DNA of 62,736 nt, filler included, from Chlamydiales bacterium (GTDB lineage Bacteria; Chlamydiota; Chlamydiia; Chlamydiales; JACRBE01): the NCBI GenBank assembly GCA_016213235.1. It is 6 parts of 6 records of this genome, joined end to end, with 100 filler letters (N's around TTAATTAATTAA, not from the genome) between each part and the next. Parts side by side here need not be neighbours in the genome. Positions count along the whole stretch, not along the records: positions 7,536 to 14,618 come from JACRBE010000037.1; positions 14,719 to 29,058 come from JACRBE010000038.1; 4 more parts are not named here. The stretch is one strand, 5' to 3'. The notes beneath the pieces are model-generated. The model had not been told where the DNA came from. It saw only the letters and a program-made list of their open reading frames with translations, and ran no database searches. Positions 10,955 to 21,335 of this stretch are shown here, piece after piece. Every line of letters starts with the position of its first letter. Positions within the stretch are counted from its first letter, which is position 1. The position numbers and the translations under genes are program-made.

Positions 10955-11772
10955 TCTAATACCTCTTGGAAATCATCTGGTATATTAGCAGTCACTTCTA
11001 CTAGTTTTTTAGTAACCGGATGAAAATATCTTACAGACAAACAATGCAACATAAATCTTGGCACATAAAAGGGATATGCCTTTTTACCTGCATATTTATC
11101 ATCTCCTAAGATGGGTACATGAAGAGCGCTTAAATGAATACGAAGTTGATGGGTTCTACCAGTAGTTGGAGTGCACTCTATTAATGATATGTTGCGACCA
11201 TAACGCTGAGTCTTATATTTTGTATGCGCTAACAGTCCCTCTTTTTTTATGGATTCAAATCCATACTTTGCATCTTGGTGTGGTTGTCTATACTGCAAAT
11301 AGCTTGTTCTCTCCCCCTCTTTTTCCTTTAGATGCCCAACACTAATTGCCAAGTAGACTTTGTGGATTTGCTTCTCTTTAAATTGCCTCTCTAACTCTTT
11401 TTTTGCCATCTCATTCTTTGCAATAAGATGGACACCTGTTGTCTCTTTATCGAGGCGATGCACCTGCATCGGATCTAAGCTTGATATGTAAGATCCTTTA
11501 TTAAAGATGATAATATCTTCATCTTCAAAAATCTTTTCCGATAAATTTAGAGTAGTTAAAGATCTTTCGTCAAAGAAAATCTTATCCCCTACCTGCAATC
11601 GATACGTAGAAAATCTCTCTGGGTATTGATTAACAAAAAAGACTTTTTGATCAATTAATTGTTTTATTTTCTTTCCAGATAGAGAAGGATATTTCCCCGT
11701 CAAAAATTTCATCAACGAGCATCCTTCTCCTCTCTTATCTATCAAGAATTCTTTAAAATGGGATTTCTTCAT
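10942..11772 (-). CDS. RluA-family pseudouridine synthase
   Basis: VHRLDKETTG, TGRTHQLRIH, PILGDDKY. Confidence 0.92.
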   Translation of the reverse strand: MKKSHFKEFLIDKRGEGCSLMKFLTGKYPSLSGKKIKQLIDQKVFFVNQYPERFSTYRLQVGDKIFFDERSLTTLNLSEKIFEDEDIIIFNKGSYISSLDPMQVHRLDKETTGVHLIAKNEMAKKELERQFKEKQIHKVYLAISVGHLKEKEGERTSYLQYRQPHQDAKYGFESIKKEGLLAHTKYKTQRYGRNISLIECTPTTGRTHQLRIHLSALHVPILGDDKYAGKKAYPFYVPRFMLHCLSVRYFHPVTKKLVEVTANIPDDFQEVLDCRF

Positions 11773-12208
11773 CGGAAAAACTTTCGTCTATGTTATCCGC
11801 CTGGCCATGTGTCTGTGCTGTAGCAAAAGCCTCAGATTCCTGCTCGGATGATGTTTTATGGTTTTCTTGAACGCTCCCTTTTGTCGTTGATCCACCACTT
11901 CCAAAGGGACTAAATGTTATATGAAAAGCAGTGACGTTTAATGAGACTTGTGGATTTCCTTCTCTGTCATTATAAATCTCTGGTTTGCCAAGTTCCCCTG
12001 TAATAATGAGGGCTGTTCCTTTTTTAATATAAGGTAACATTTTATCAAACTGTTCTCCCCAAATCGTTACCCGATACCAAATTGTATCATCTTTTCCACC
12101 GCGACGAGAATTTGTAGCCACTCGAAAAGCTATTACTTTCATCCCAGAAGATGTGTAACGCACTTCTGGATCGTTTCCTAAACGGCCTGCTATCGTAATT
12201 TGATTCAT
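11753..12208 (-). CDS. ssb: Single-stranded DNA-binding protein
   Basis: GRLGNDPEVRYT OB-fold start; acidic tail DEEIPF. Confidence 0.95.
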   Translation of the reverse strand: MNQITIAGRLGNDPEVRYTSSGMKVIAFRVATNSRRGGKDDTIWYRVTIWGEQFDKMLPYIKKGTALIITGELGKPEIYNDREGNPQVSLNVTAFHITFSPFGSGGSTTKGSVQENHKTSSEQESEAFATAQTHGQADNIDESFSDEEIPF

Positions 12209-12522
12209 ATCATCCTACCTTGATCTAACAATTAATATGCTGTAATCAGTATAGCTTCTCATTTGCCAGAGTGCAAATTGTTTTTTTTTAATTTTTTTAA
12301 AAAAATTTTTTATTTTTTTGTCCTATTTTCAAGGATTGTGGAAACCTTGTTTAAAAGATATTGTAGAGCTTTTTTTTTTGTAATTAATCGATATAAAAAA
12401 CTTAACTCTTTTCGCTTTTTTCATTTTTTTATCAATTAATTTATTGGACAAAAAAACTCATAAAATAGTAGAAAAAAATTTCTTATAAACAAAGTTTTTA
12501 ACCTTAGTTATTAGAAAAATAA

Positions 12523-14439
12523 ATGGCAAAGAAACGACCTCCTTATTCATTTAATAATGATTCAGCCTGGCAAAACAGATCTCAGTCTCGTTCATTATAT
12601 CAGTTGAAAAAGCAGGTTTTACATGCTAATACGTTCCTATACCCAATTGATGAGAGTGAAGAATTTTATGATCCTTTTTCTGATCTTAGCCTATTTTTGG
12701 CAAAAAAAATCACTAAGATTATCTCGAGTGGCACTTTACCGAAACAATGGTCCGGAAAAGTACAGGAATTATTACTTGAAAAGATCTTACCTGAATTCGA
12801 AAAACGATTTCCGAAATATCGCCTAGGCGGATCAGCATTAAAAAAGACATTTGACAAAGTGCTTTTTTACTATCAAAAAATGCAGGCAGAAAAGCATGCT
12901 TTTCAATCCGATGGATCTATCGACGTAGAATATATCATTAAAGAAAATTTAAGAAATGCACCGCCTACCTCCTCTTTATATGGGGTACATCCTTATAACT
13001 ACTCTCATCAACTGGCAGTAAAAGTATCCGAGTGTATTGCTACATTAGATGGTATTAGGATTCCCTTAGACCAATTAACAAAAACAATATGGTCTGCACA
13101 AAAACATCTACTTCCTAAGCAAGATCTTGTAAAAAAAGCGCCATTTGAGCATCACGAAATTATCGATAAGCTGATTATACGCAACCTACTCCATAACACT
13201 TGCTTAGAAAAGGAAATTTCACAACGCTTATTAATGGAAAGAATCATTCAATCGATTAAAGATTATGAGGAACTCTCTATCTATAAATCGATTGAAGACT
13301 TAAAAGTGGTTATTGCAAGCGTTTTATCAGATCTTGTTATTAAGAATTTAAGTATCTTTCGTCAGCTTTCAAGTAAAAAAATCGATGTCATGGAATCCTT
13401 CATTGTAAAACAAATTAAGCGTTGTAAAGAGCAAAAAGGAAGATTAACAAAAGAAAATAAAGCATCTATTGTAAGTCGTATTTTATCGCTATATCCCATC
13501 GCAGCCTCTTTACCAAGAGAAGATGCAAAACAGCAATTAGATGGGGCTATTCAATACGTATATTCTCTATCATCTAATATATTTGCTCCAACATCTCCTA
13601 TGATGAATCACGCCATGCTATCTTTTATCAATACAGAGATCGTCTCATTAAAAGAAAAAAAAGAGACCGGAGCTCTTGAAAAGGTGCTCAGCACGCTACT
13701 TACAGTTTTCCAAGACGCTCATGAACTGCCAAAATTAAATGATAAACAGATCAGTGAATTAGAAGCGTGGATTTGGCATCTCATTAACCTGACTGACCAA
13801 TCCTCCCATAAAATACCTAAAAAAGTGAAAGAGCTTATTGAAAATGAACTCTCCCACCTTATTGTAGAAAAAGAGGTATTTTGTTTTAGAGAATTGGTAC
13901 AAGAAGCGCTTTTGTTTTTTAAACGTATCAATGAACTCGAATACTTTAAAAACTTTTTTGTTTTTAATCAGGAAACCAAGATAGAAGAAAAACTAAAAAA
14001 CAAAGCTTACCTTTGGTCGATTCAAAACGATCTTGTTTGCTCTATTTTAGAATTTGATCATCACTCACACCTCATCAAAGAGACAGAAAAGGCTCTTGCT
14101 TCCAATGAATATAAGAATCTCTCTTCATTAATAGAAACAGTTTGTCAAAACTACATGAGAGCTTTTCCTTTTCTTTCTTCCTTTTCTCATCATTTACAGG
14201 TGCATGTTTGTATTATCGTAAAATATGTTTGGTACAACCATAAAAGAACAGATAAAGAAAGTAGTTATCACAGGTTTCTTAAATGGCATATGAACCGTTT
14301 AATAGAAAGTACGCTTCCCCTTGATGAACAAGGCTTGATAGATCATCTTGCAACCTTATCCATGCATACTTTACCGCTAATACCCTTTGATCCGGAGTGT
14401 ATAAAAAACATCCATCATGTAGCAGCTATAGCCACCTAA
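12523..14439 (+). CDS. Hypothetical protein (638 aa)
   Basis: Long ORF; no motif recognised. Confidence 0.75.
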   Translation: MAKKRPPYSFNNDSAWQNRSQSRSLYQLKKQVLHANTFLYPIDESEEFYDPFSDLSLFLAKKITKIISSGTLPKQWSGKVQELLLEKILPEFEKRFPKYRLGGSALKKTFDKVLFYYQKMQAEKHAFQSDGSIDVEYIIKENLRNAPPTSSLYGVHPYNYSHQLAVKVSECIATLDGIRIPLDQLTKTIWSAQKHLLPKQDLVKKAPFEHHEIIDKLIIRNLLHNTCLEKEISQRLLMERIIQSIKDYEELSIYKSIEDLKVVIASVLSDLVIKNLSIFRQLSSKKIDVMESFIVKQIKRCKEQKGRLTKENKASIVSRILSLYPIAASLPREDAKQQLDGAIQYVYSLSSNIFAPTSPMMNHAMLSFINTEIVSLKEKKETGALEKVLSTLLTVFQDAHELPKLNDKQISELEAWIWHLINLTDQSSHKIPKKVKELIENELSHLIVEKEVFCFRELVQEALLFFKRINELEYFKNFFVFNQETKIEEKLKNKAYLWSIQNDLVCSILEFDHHSHLIKETEKALASNEYKNLSSLIETVCQNYMRAFPFLSSFSHHLQVHVCIIVKYVWYNHKRTDKESSYHRFLKWHMNRLIESTLPLDEQGLIDHLATLSMHTLPLIPFDPECIKNIHHVAAIAT

Positions 14440-14477
14440 ATCCAATACATTTTCAAGCTATCTTCCATATATTATAT

Positions 14478-14618
14478 TAGACTTCTTGCGTAACTCGCTT
14501 TGGCTGGAGAAATCGATGATTTTTCTGCAGATTTTTGTACCGAGCAAGGAAGACATACCCAAAGGGTAGAGAACGAGTAAGGACAAAAATCTGCCAAAAA
14601 TGGCGACTTAAACGGCCG
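14478..14618. repeat. Palindromic intergenic element (RPE/MITE-like), truncated by contig end
   Basis: GCAGATTTTTGT (14527-38)/ACAAAAATCTGC (14583-94) arms and TACCC-AAA-GGGTA apex; left end TAGACTTCTTGCGTAACTCGCTT. Confidence 0.65.
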
Positions 14619-14718
14619 NNNNNNNNNNNNNNNNNNNNNNNNNNNNNNNNNNNNNNNNNNNNTTAATTAATTAANNNNNNNNNNNNNNNNNNNNNNNNNN
14701 NNNNNNNNNNNNNNNNNN
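14619..14718. other. Artificial contig linker
   Basis: N-run with TTAATTAATTAA. Confidence 0.99.
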
Positions 14719-15581
14719 ATATAGCTAAGTGCCTCAAGTGCTTCTTTAGCGGATAATTCGTAGGAATGCTTGATCAAGCCAAAAGATCTTGCAACCTTAT
14801 CCTTTATTTTGGGGCTTTCTATTAAATGATCTCTTTTTTGCTTTTCCAAATGATGTAATTGCATACCACTGGTATGTACGCTGTTCATAATCTGATCTTC
14901 TGATACACCAAGGCAAAATCGATTTTTTATTACCACAATGTTGCCAAGAAAATGGTGTTGCATATCTATTCCACAAATCACACTGTTTGCATTGATAGTT
15001 CCTGTTAGTTGAGAAATATCTAGATCGTCTAGCAAAGCGGGGAGATGTAAAAATGCTTCTATGGTAAACCCTGTCCCACATTGTTTAGTGTCTGTGGTTA
15101 AATACCCAAATGTTTTATCATAGGCAAAACCAAGATGTTGATTCAGCTGATAGTCAATCCTGGTAAATGCTTCTAGTGTTTGGTGCCAATCGGTAGAGTA
15201 ATCCATTTTTCTAATGCAGAGGTGATCGTCGGCATTAATAGATATCAGCATATTCATGGAGTCATCGATAATAAACCCAATACCTGGTTTGCTATTACAA
15301 ATATCTTCTTGAATAAGAAAATTCTCATATAATATCTGCTTTTCCATCGGGCTTAACGCTTCTGCATCCAATCGTTTAGGGTTTTTCAGCAGCTTGTGCT
15401 CTTCAATGGTGTTAATAACCAGTTGTAAAACGTTCGCTTTTCCACTCTTATTTAGTTTGTTAGGGAATAAAAAACGATTGATATTTCTTTTTAGTTCAAA
15501 CCGAGAAACAGGCCAAATAGCATCTGTATTTTCCATCAGCAGAGAAGCGGGGGAGAGATTAGTTATGATTGCTTTGTCCAT
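14719..15581 (-). CDS. mcsB: Protein-arginine kinase (ATP:guanido phosphotransferase), 3'-truncated
   Basis: LKRNINRFLFP, INADDHL, FGYLTTDTKQCGTG, FLHLPAL; follows mcsA. Confidence 0.85.
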
Positions 15582-16089
15582 TGCCTGCGCCTTCTGTTAA
15601 TGTTTTGATTCGATCTCGAATCCACGCTGCCTGTTCATAATTTTCAATTTTCAATGCTTCATTCAATGCTGCATTTAAATTGGATAGACGAGAGGACAAC
15701 TGGTCGCTTGCATGAAAAGGATTAAGCCCTACATGTAAAGAATGGTCATGAGAATTAGAAAAAATAGCATATACAGGATGTGGAATGCTACCCTCTTTTT
15801 TTAGTTTTTTTAAAATAAGATCTTGGAATGTTTGATAGCATATACTACAACCTAAAGCACTTCCATTGAGAAGATCACTGCCCTTTGTATGGCAATTTTC
15901 ACAACAAATAGACTCATATTGTTTTTCTGCTTCTAAATCTTCTAATGCGCGATTCGCATACAGCCTTTTAGCGAGTTCTGGGCAATCTTCACATGCTTCT
16001 AATTCTTGTATCTGCTCGTTAATGACTTGTTTATAAATAATACAAGCTTTTTTCTTGCATCCCTTACATTCAATAAAACGCTTATCCAT
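15559..16089 (-). CDS. mcsA: McsA activator (CxxC + UVR domain)
   Basis: Four CxxC motifs; C-terminal ENYEQAAWIRDRI UVR motif. Confidence 0.88.
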   Translation of the reverse strand: MDKRFIECKGCKKKACIIYKQVINEQIQELEACEDCPELAKRLYANRALEDLEAEKQYESICCENCHTKGSDLLNGSALGCSICYQTFQDLILKKLKKEGSIPHPVYAIFSNSHDHSLHVGLNPFHASDQLSSRLSNLNAALNEALKIENYEQAAWIRDRIKTLTEGAGNGQSNHN

Positions 16090-16174
16090 GAAAAATCTCC
16101 TTAAAGCTTGATTTTATGTGTTGATTAAAATAAATCAATAAAATTAGATGGATAGTTAATAATAAGAGGTTTTT

Positions 16175-16486
16175 ATGAAAAGGCTCTTAATAATAATCTT
16201 TTGTTTTTCTTTTTTAATTATAGGATACACAGCATCTTATATCACAAAACCTACAGAAGTAACTAGTGTAGCGGATTGTTCTGCTTTATCGGATGATGAA
16301 CAAGCATTTGCAGATGAATTAAGTGCAATGCAGCGCGAATTATTTTGTCGCATGTTTAATGATGACCAACGTGCAAAAGCTATGTCTAGTGCAAAAAAAT
16401 CAAAAAATGCTAATGCTGAAGATGATGCAGTAGAGCAAGTGTTAAAAGAATCTAGACAATCACCTGAAATATCAGCAAAAAGCTAA
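16175..16486 (+). CDS. Small exported hypothetical protein
   Basis: Signal-peptide-like N-terminus, AGAGG RBS. Confidence 0.7.
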   Translation: MKRLLIIIFCFSFLIIGYTASYITKPTEVTSVADCSALSDDEQAFADELSAMQRELFCRMFNDDQRAKAMSSAKKSKNANAEDDAVEQVLKESRQSPEISAKS

Positions 16487-16503
16487 ATTAATATGATGAG
16501 ATT

Positions 16504-17391
16504 TCATGCTATGGTGGGATAGCTAAACAGGAAAAAATGCATTGCTTCTATCAATATGCGGCAGGTAATAGGTGTTTCCACTTGTTTGGTCCAATGATAG
16601 ATAAGGGATAGTAGGATGCTGATAATCACGCGTAAAAGAAAAAAAGATAGTGAAGGAATAAGAATCATACCACTAAAGGCATAGACAATAGCAGTTAGTG
16701 CAATACTTACAATAACCATCCCCTTTTTTGGGATGTTAGAGAGTTCTTTTTGCATAAATCCACGAAAGAACCCCTCTTCCGGAATTATTTTAATAAAACA
16801 AACAAGCACAAACCACAGTAGCATAGCTAAGTTAATCTTAGGGGAAAATACAATCCATTTGCACATCACAAGCAAAGCTATTGTTACGATGCTAGTTATT
16901 AAAGCAATCAGGAGTCCCTTATAACTGAAGGATGTCCAGCCCTTGCCAGATAAAAGAGTATGGTGAAAGGCAAGAGGGAATATGCCAATAAAGGGAATGC
17001 CGTAATTTAACCATAGATCATAGGAAACAGATACATCATCATGTTTGATATTGGAAGCGATCGTTAGATCGGAAAATCCTCTAATGAGTTCCCACGCAAG
17101 ACCTATTGAAATCATCATCGCGATGACCATAATAAAAATTCTAGGTAGTCCATCGATAGAAAAAGAGAGTAATACATGCGCAAGGAGTAAAATCACAATA
17201 GGTATGATCGTGATCCACTGTGTTACACCATTAAGAAGTGTAAGCAGATAAGATAAGCCAAGGATGGGAGCCCAAAGCCAAACGCTTTTTTTGACCCATA
17301 GGGACAAAATCGATATAATGACGAGTCCGTAAGCAATTAATGCTACAGGATGTTGAAAAAGAAATTGTATTGTTAATATCGTAGATTCCAT
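16504..17391 (-). CDS. CPBP (CAAX/Abi) intramembrane protease-like protein
   Basis: Multi-TM; EEGFFRGFMQ motif. Confidence 0.75.
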   Translation of the reverse strand: MESTILTIQFLFQHPVALIAYGLVIISILSLWVKKSVWLWAPILGLSYLLTLLNGVTQWITIIPIVILLLAHVLLSFSIDGLPRIFIMVIAMMISIGLAWELIRGFSDLTIASNIKHDDVSVSYDLWLNYGIPFIGIFPLAFHHTLLSGKGWTSFSYKGLLIALITSIVTIALLVMCKWIVFSPKINLAMLLWFVLVCFIKIIPEEGFFRGFMQKELSNIPKKGMVIVSIALTAIVYAFSGMILIPSLSFFLLRVIISILLSLIYHWTKQVETPITCRILIEAMHFFLFSYPTIA

Positions 17392-17421
17392 ACTTTTCTC
17401 TTATAATAGAAAGGATTTGTT

Positions 17422-18189
17422 GTGCATCAAAAAATACAAGATTCATTGAAATGGCTTGAATTCCCCATATTATCTTCTTTTCAAGAAATACAACATGCCT
17501 GTTTGGAAAAACATGGGGGGATAAGTCCACATCCATTTGATTCTTTGAATTTTAGTGTTTCCGCTGGCGATACGGTGGAAAATGTTTTGCGAAATAAGCA
17601 AAGGCTAACAGAGGTTTTTCAGCTTGAATATGTATTATTTCTCAATCAGGTCCATCAAGATAATATCCTCGTACTGAATGATTATGAGGATATTGCAATA
17701 ATAAATAAGAAAAATATTGCTGCAGATGGAGTTATTACACATTTAATAGATGTGGCGCTTGTTATTAGGCATGCAGACTGTCAGGCGATTTTATTATATG
17801 ATCCCATCAGAAAAATAATAGGAGCTATTCATGTGGGATGGCGAGGTAATGTCATTAATATTATAGCAAAGACGATTAAGACAATGAACGCCCACTATGA
17901 ATGCAATCCGGCGGATATTAGGGTATCTATTTCTCCCAGCCTTGGGCCAAATGCATCACAATTTATTCATGCAAATCAAGAGTTTCCAAAAGATTTTTTT
18001 GCTTTTGAATGCAAAAAAGACTATTTCAATTTATGGGATATTTCAACCTACCAGCTAATACAATCAGGGCTATTGCCTCAGCATATCGAACTGGCCAGGA
18101 TTTGTACTTATGAAGATCACAACTTCTTCTCTTACAGGAGAGAAAAACGTTCCGGAAGAAATGCTTCTTTCATTTGTAGGAATAATTAA
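17422..18189 (+). CDS. pgeF: YfiH/PgeF laccase-domain protein
   Basis: LNQVH, ADGVIT, HADCQAILLYD, AIHVGWRG, CTY...FFSYRR. Confidence 0.9.
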   Translation: MHQKIQDSLKWLEFPILSSFQEIQHACLEKHGGISPHPFDSLNFSVSAGDTVENVLRNKQRLTEVFQLEYVLFLNQVHQDNILVLNDYEDIAIINKKNIAADGVITHLIDVALVIRHADCQAILLYDPIRKIIGAIHVGWRGNVINIIAKTIKTMNAHYECNPADIRVSISPSLGPNASQFIHANQEFPKDFFAFECKKDYFNLWDISTYQLIQSGLLPQHIELARICTYEDHNFFSYRREKRSGRNASFICRNN

Positions 18190-18247
18190 TCTAGCTCCAA
18201 TATTTTATATTAGGTATCATTTTTTCTTTTATTATTGATGACAATAT

Positions 18248-18793
18248 ATGCAAATAGAAGAATTAGTAACTTTCCCAGAAGTAAAAAAGATTAAATTGGA
18301 TGTTTGGTCTGATAATAGGGGCTTTTTCCTGGAGTGGTATCAACAGGATAAATTACACAAGCTTGGTATCCCCAATATATTTGTACAATCTAACCACTCT
18401 TTTTCAAAAAAAAATGTTATCCGTGGAATGCATTTTCAAACAACACCTGGTCAGTCGAAGTTAGTCTATGTTCCTATTGGGCATATCTATGATGTAATAG
18501 TAGATGTCAGACTAAAGTCAAAGACCTTTGGCAGATGGCAAGCCATTCATTTAAGAGAAGAGGAGCCAACACTACTATTTGTTCCTGCCGGCTTTGCGCA
18601 TGGATTTTGTGTGCTGAGTGAACAGGCTCATGTTATTTACCAAGTAGATTCTTTTTACAATCCTCACACAGAAAAAGGATTTCATTATGCAGATCCTATG
18701 ATAAAAATTAATTGGTTGATAGATACTCCTATTGTATCAGAAAAAGACAAACAGAATTCTTCATTAAAGGAAGTCATTACATGTATTGGATAG
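18248..18793 (+). CDS. rfbC: dTDP-4-dehydrorhamnose 3,5-epimerase
   Basis: DNRGFF, QSNHSFS, RGMHFQ, VPAGFAHGF. Confidence 0.95.
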   Translation: MQIEELVTFPEVKKIKLDVWSDNRGFFLEWYQQDKLHKLGIPNIFVQSNHSFSKKNVIRGMHFQTTPGQSKLVYVPIGHIYDVIVDVRLKSKTFGRWQAIHLREEEPTLLFVPAGFAHGFCVLSEQAHVIYQVDSFYNPHTEKGFHYADPMIKINWLIDTPIVSEKDKQNSSLKEVITCIG

Positions 18794-19632
18794 TTGGTAA
18801 ATATGGTACCCTTGCACACGGGTTAGCTCGTTGCTTGGAGGAAAAGAATAAGCCTTTTATCGCTACTTCTTCTCAAGAGGTGGATATTACAAAAGAGCGT
18901 GATATTCTTGCCTTTGTAGAAACGCATCCACTTGATTGTATTATTAATGCAGCTGCATATACGAATGTAGATTTAGCAGAAAAGGAGTCGGAAAAAGCGT
19001 TTGCCATTAATTCAACGGGACCTAAATTACTTGCAAAAATAGCTCATGAGAGAAAAATGAGATTAATTCATCTTTCTACAGACTACGTGTTTAATGGTGA
19101 TACACATTCTTCTTATGAAGAAACAGATATATGCAGTCCTATTAATGTTTATGGAATGACAAAACTCTATGGAGAAAATTTTGTACAACAAGAGCATCCT
19201 GGTGCATGTATTATTAGAACTTCTTGGTTATATGGAAAATATGGGCATAATTTCCCACAAAAAATAGCACAATTATTGCGCACTCAGGAAAAACTATCCA
19301 TTGTAGATGATCAGTTTTCTTCTCCAACATATGTAGACGACCTGGTAAGTGCTATTTTTTCTCTCGAGCATCAACATGGAGTATTTCATTTTTGCAATAA
19401 AGGGCATGTTTCCAGGTATCTGTGGGCCTTAACGATATATGATTTTTTACGTCAAAAAGAAAACGTCCCATGTAAGGCTCTGATTCCTGTTTCATCTAAA
19501 CTTTTTATATCGGAGGCTAAAAGACCCTTGCAAACATGTCTTTCTACAAAAAAATATGTACAAGCAACAAAACAAATACCGATGGAATGGGGAATGTCTT
19601 TCAGGAAATATTTAGAGGAGCCTTCATGCTAG
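18781..19632 (+). CDS. rfbD: dTDP-4-dehydrorhamnose reductase
   Basis: NAAAYTNVDLAE, STDYVF, YGMTK; ATG at 18781. Confidence 0.93.
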   Translation: MYWIVGKYGTLAHGLARCLEEKNKPFIATSSQEVDITKERDILAFVETHPLDCIINAAAYTNVDLAEKESEKAFAINSTGPKLLAKIAHERKMRLIHLSTDYVFNGDTHSSYEETDICSPINVYGMTKLYGENFVQQEHPGACIIRTSWLYGKYGHNFPQKIAQLLRTQEKLSIVDDQFSSPTYVDDLVSAIFSLEHQHGVFHFCNKGHVSRYLWALTIYDFLRQKENVPCKALIPVSSKLFISEAKRPLQTCLSTKKYVQATKQIPMEWGMSFRKYLEEPSC

Positions 19633-20630
19633 TAACAGGTGGTCTTGGATTCATGGGATCTGCTTTTTTACGGTTTATGCTAGAAAATAATCTCGTGAAA
19701 AATAAGATTATTAATTTGGATAATATGACGTATGCGGCAAATTTATTAAACACAGCAAGCATTCAGGGTGATCCAAGATATGTATTTGTTAAAGGATCTA
19801 TTTTAGACTCTTCATTATTGGAAGAGTTATATAAAGAATTTCATTTTTCTAGCATTGTTCATTTTGCTGCAGAAACACATGTAGATAATAGTATTGCCAG
19901 CCCAGAGGTATTTGTTCAAACAAATATTTTGGGGACATTTTCGTTATTAGAATTTGTAAAGGATCATCGACATATTCGTTTACATGTAGTGTCTACAGAT
20001 GAAGTATATGGTTCTTTAGCATCGGAAGGTTATTTTATTGAAGATAGTCCATATCAACCAACTTCACCTTACGCAGCAACAAAAGCCGCTGCAGATCATT
20101 TGGCAAGAGCATATCACAAAACATATGGATTGCACATTACCATATCACATTCTTGTAATAATTATGGCCATGGGCAACACAAAGAAAAATTAATTCCACG
20201 TATGATTACAAATTTGATTAATAAAGACCCACTTCCTATTTACGGAAATGGGAAAAATGTTCGCGACTGGTTATTTGTAGAAGATCATGCAAGGGCAGTA
20301 TATATGATAGTGCAAGAAGGCTCTCCAGGATCAGTGTATAATATTGGTGCAAATAATGAGTGGGCAAATATTGATTTAATTTATTTGCTTATCACGATGT
20401 TTTGTGACATTACTGGAGAAAATGTACAGCAACTCAATCAACTAATACAATTTGTAACGGATAGGCCGGGGCATGATTATCGCTATGCGATCTCTAATCA
20501 AAAAATAAGAAAAGAGTTAGGATGGACACCTTGCTATGATATGGCAACCGGGTTAAAAAAAACAATGAAGTGGTATTTAAATGAAGCAGAGCAAAATAGT
20601 TTGTATCATTCCTGCCAGGCTAGACTCTAA
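19626..20630 (+). CDS. rfbB: dTDP-glucose 4,6-dehydratase
   Basis: TGGLGFMGS, HFAAETHVD, STDEVYG, YAATK, DRPGHDYRY; ATG at 19626. Confidence 0.95.
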   Translation: MLVTGGLGFMGSAFLRFMLENNLVKNKIINLDNMTYAANLLNTASIQGDPRYVFVKGSILDSSLLEELYKEFHFSSIVHFAAETHVDNSIASPEVFVQTNILGTFSLLEFVKDHRHIRLHVVSTDEVYGSLASEGYFIEDSPYQPTSPYAATKAAADHLARAYHKTYGLHITISHSCNNYGHGQHKEKLIPRMITNLINKDPLPIYGNGKNVRDWLFVEDHARAVYMIVQEGSPGSVYNIGANNEWANIDLIYLLITMFCDITGENVQQLNQLIQFVTDRPGHDYRYAISNQKIRKELGWTPCYDMATGLKKTMKWYLNEAEQNSLYHSCQARL

Positions 20631-21327
20631 GCGGTTCCCAAGGAAGATATTGGTAGATATTCATGGTAAACCACTTATTTGGTGGGTATATCAAGCAGCA
20701 AAAAAATGCCAGCAACTTAGCAGGGTATATATTGCAATTGATCATGGAGATACAAAAAAAATAGTAGAAAAGTTTTGTCCGGATATTATTGAAACATCGC
20801 CACATTGCAAAAATGGTACGGAGCGCATCATTGATGCTTTGTCAAAAAAGGAAATCGATGGGGATATCATTTTAAATTGGCAAGCAGATGAACCGATGAT
20901 CAATGCGCAAATGATTGATGATTTGTTTGTAAAGCAGGAATCTCATATTGATATTTGGACGCTAAGAAAAAAGCTACATTCTCTAGAAGAGGTAAGAAAT
21001 CCAAATGTAGTTAAAGTAGTAACAAATCATTTACAATTAGCATTATATTTTTCAAGAGCATCAATTCCATTTATTAGAGATCAAGAAATGATGATAGAAA
21101 GTCCTTATTTTAAACATGTAGGATTGTATGCATATACAAAAAAAGCATTAACGAAAATAAAGCAACTAGAACATATCGATCTCGAAAAATGTGAACAACT
21201 AGAGCAGCTTACTTTTTTATATCATGGCATGAATATTCATGTGGGCGATACGCTTATTGATACGATTGGAATAGATACAAAAGAAGATCTTTTAAAATTT
21301 GTAGGTCTTATACAATTAAATTCTTGA
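20581..21327 (+). CDS. kdsB: CMP-Kdo synthetase
   Basis: IIPARLDSKRFPRK, QADEP, ALYFSRASIP, KHVGLYAY, EQLEQL. Confidence 0.93.
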   Translation: MKQSKIVCIIPARLDSKRFPRKILVDIHGKPLIWWVYQAAKKCQQLSRVYIAIDHGDTKKIVEKFCPDIIETSPHCKNGTERIIDALSKKEIDGDIILNWQADEPMINAQMIDDLFVKQESHIDIWTLRKKLHSLEEVRNPNVVKVVTNHLQLALYFSRASIPFIRDQEMMIESPYFKHVGLYAYTKKALTKIKQLEHIDLEKCEQLEQLTFLYHGMNIHVGDTLIDTIGIDTKEDLLKFVGLIQLNS

Positions 21328-21335
21328 GAGGAACG

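Noticed and set aside
12210..12520. Very AT-rich intergenic region as a possible oriC
   Set aside because: Only one imperfect DnaA-box-like word was seen. A divergent promoter region explains it.
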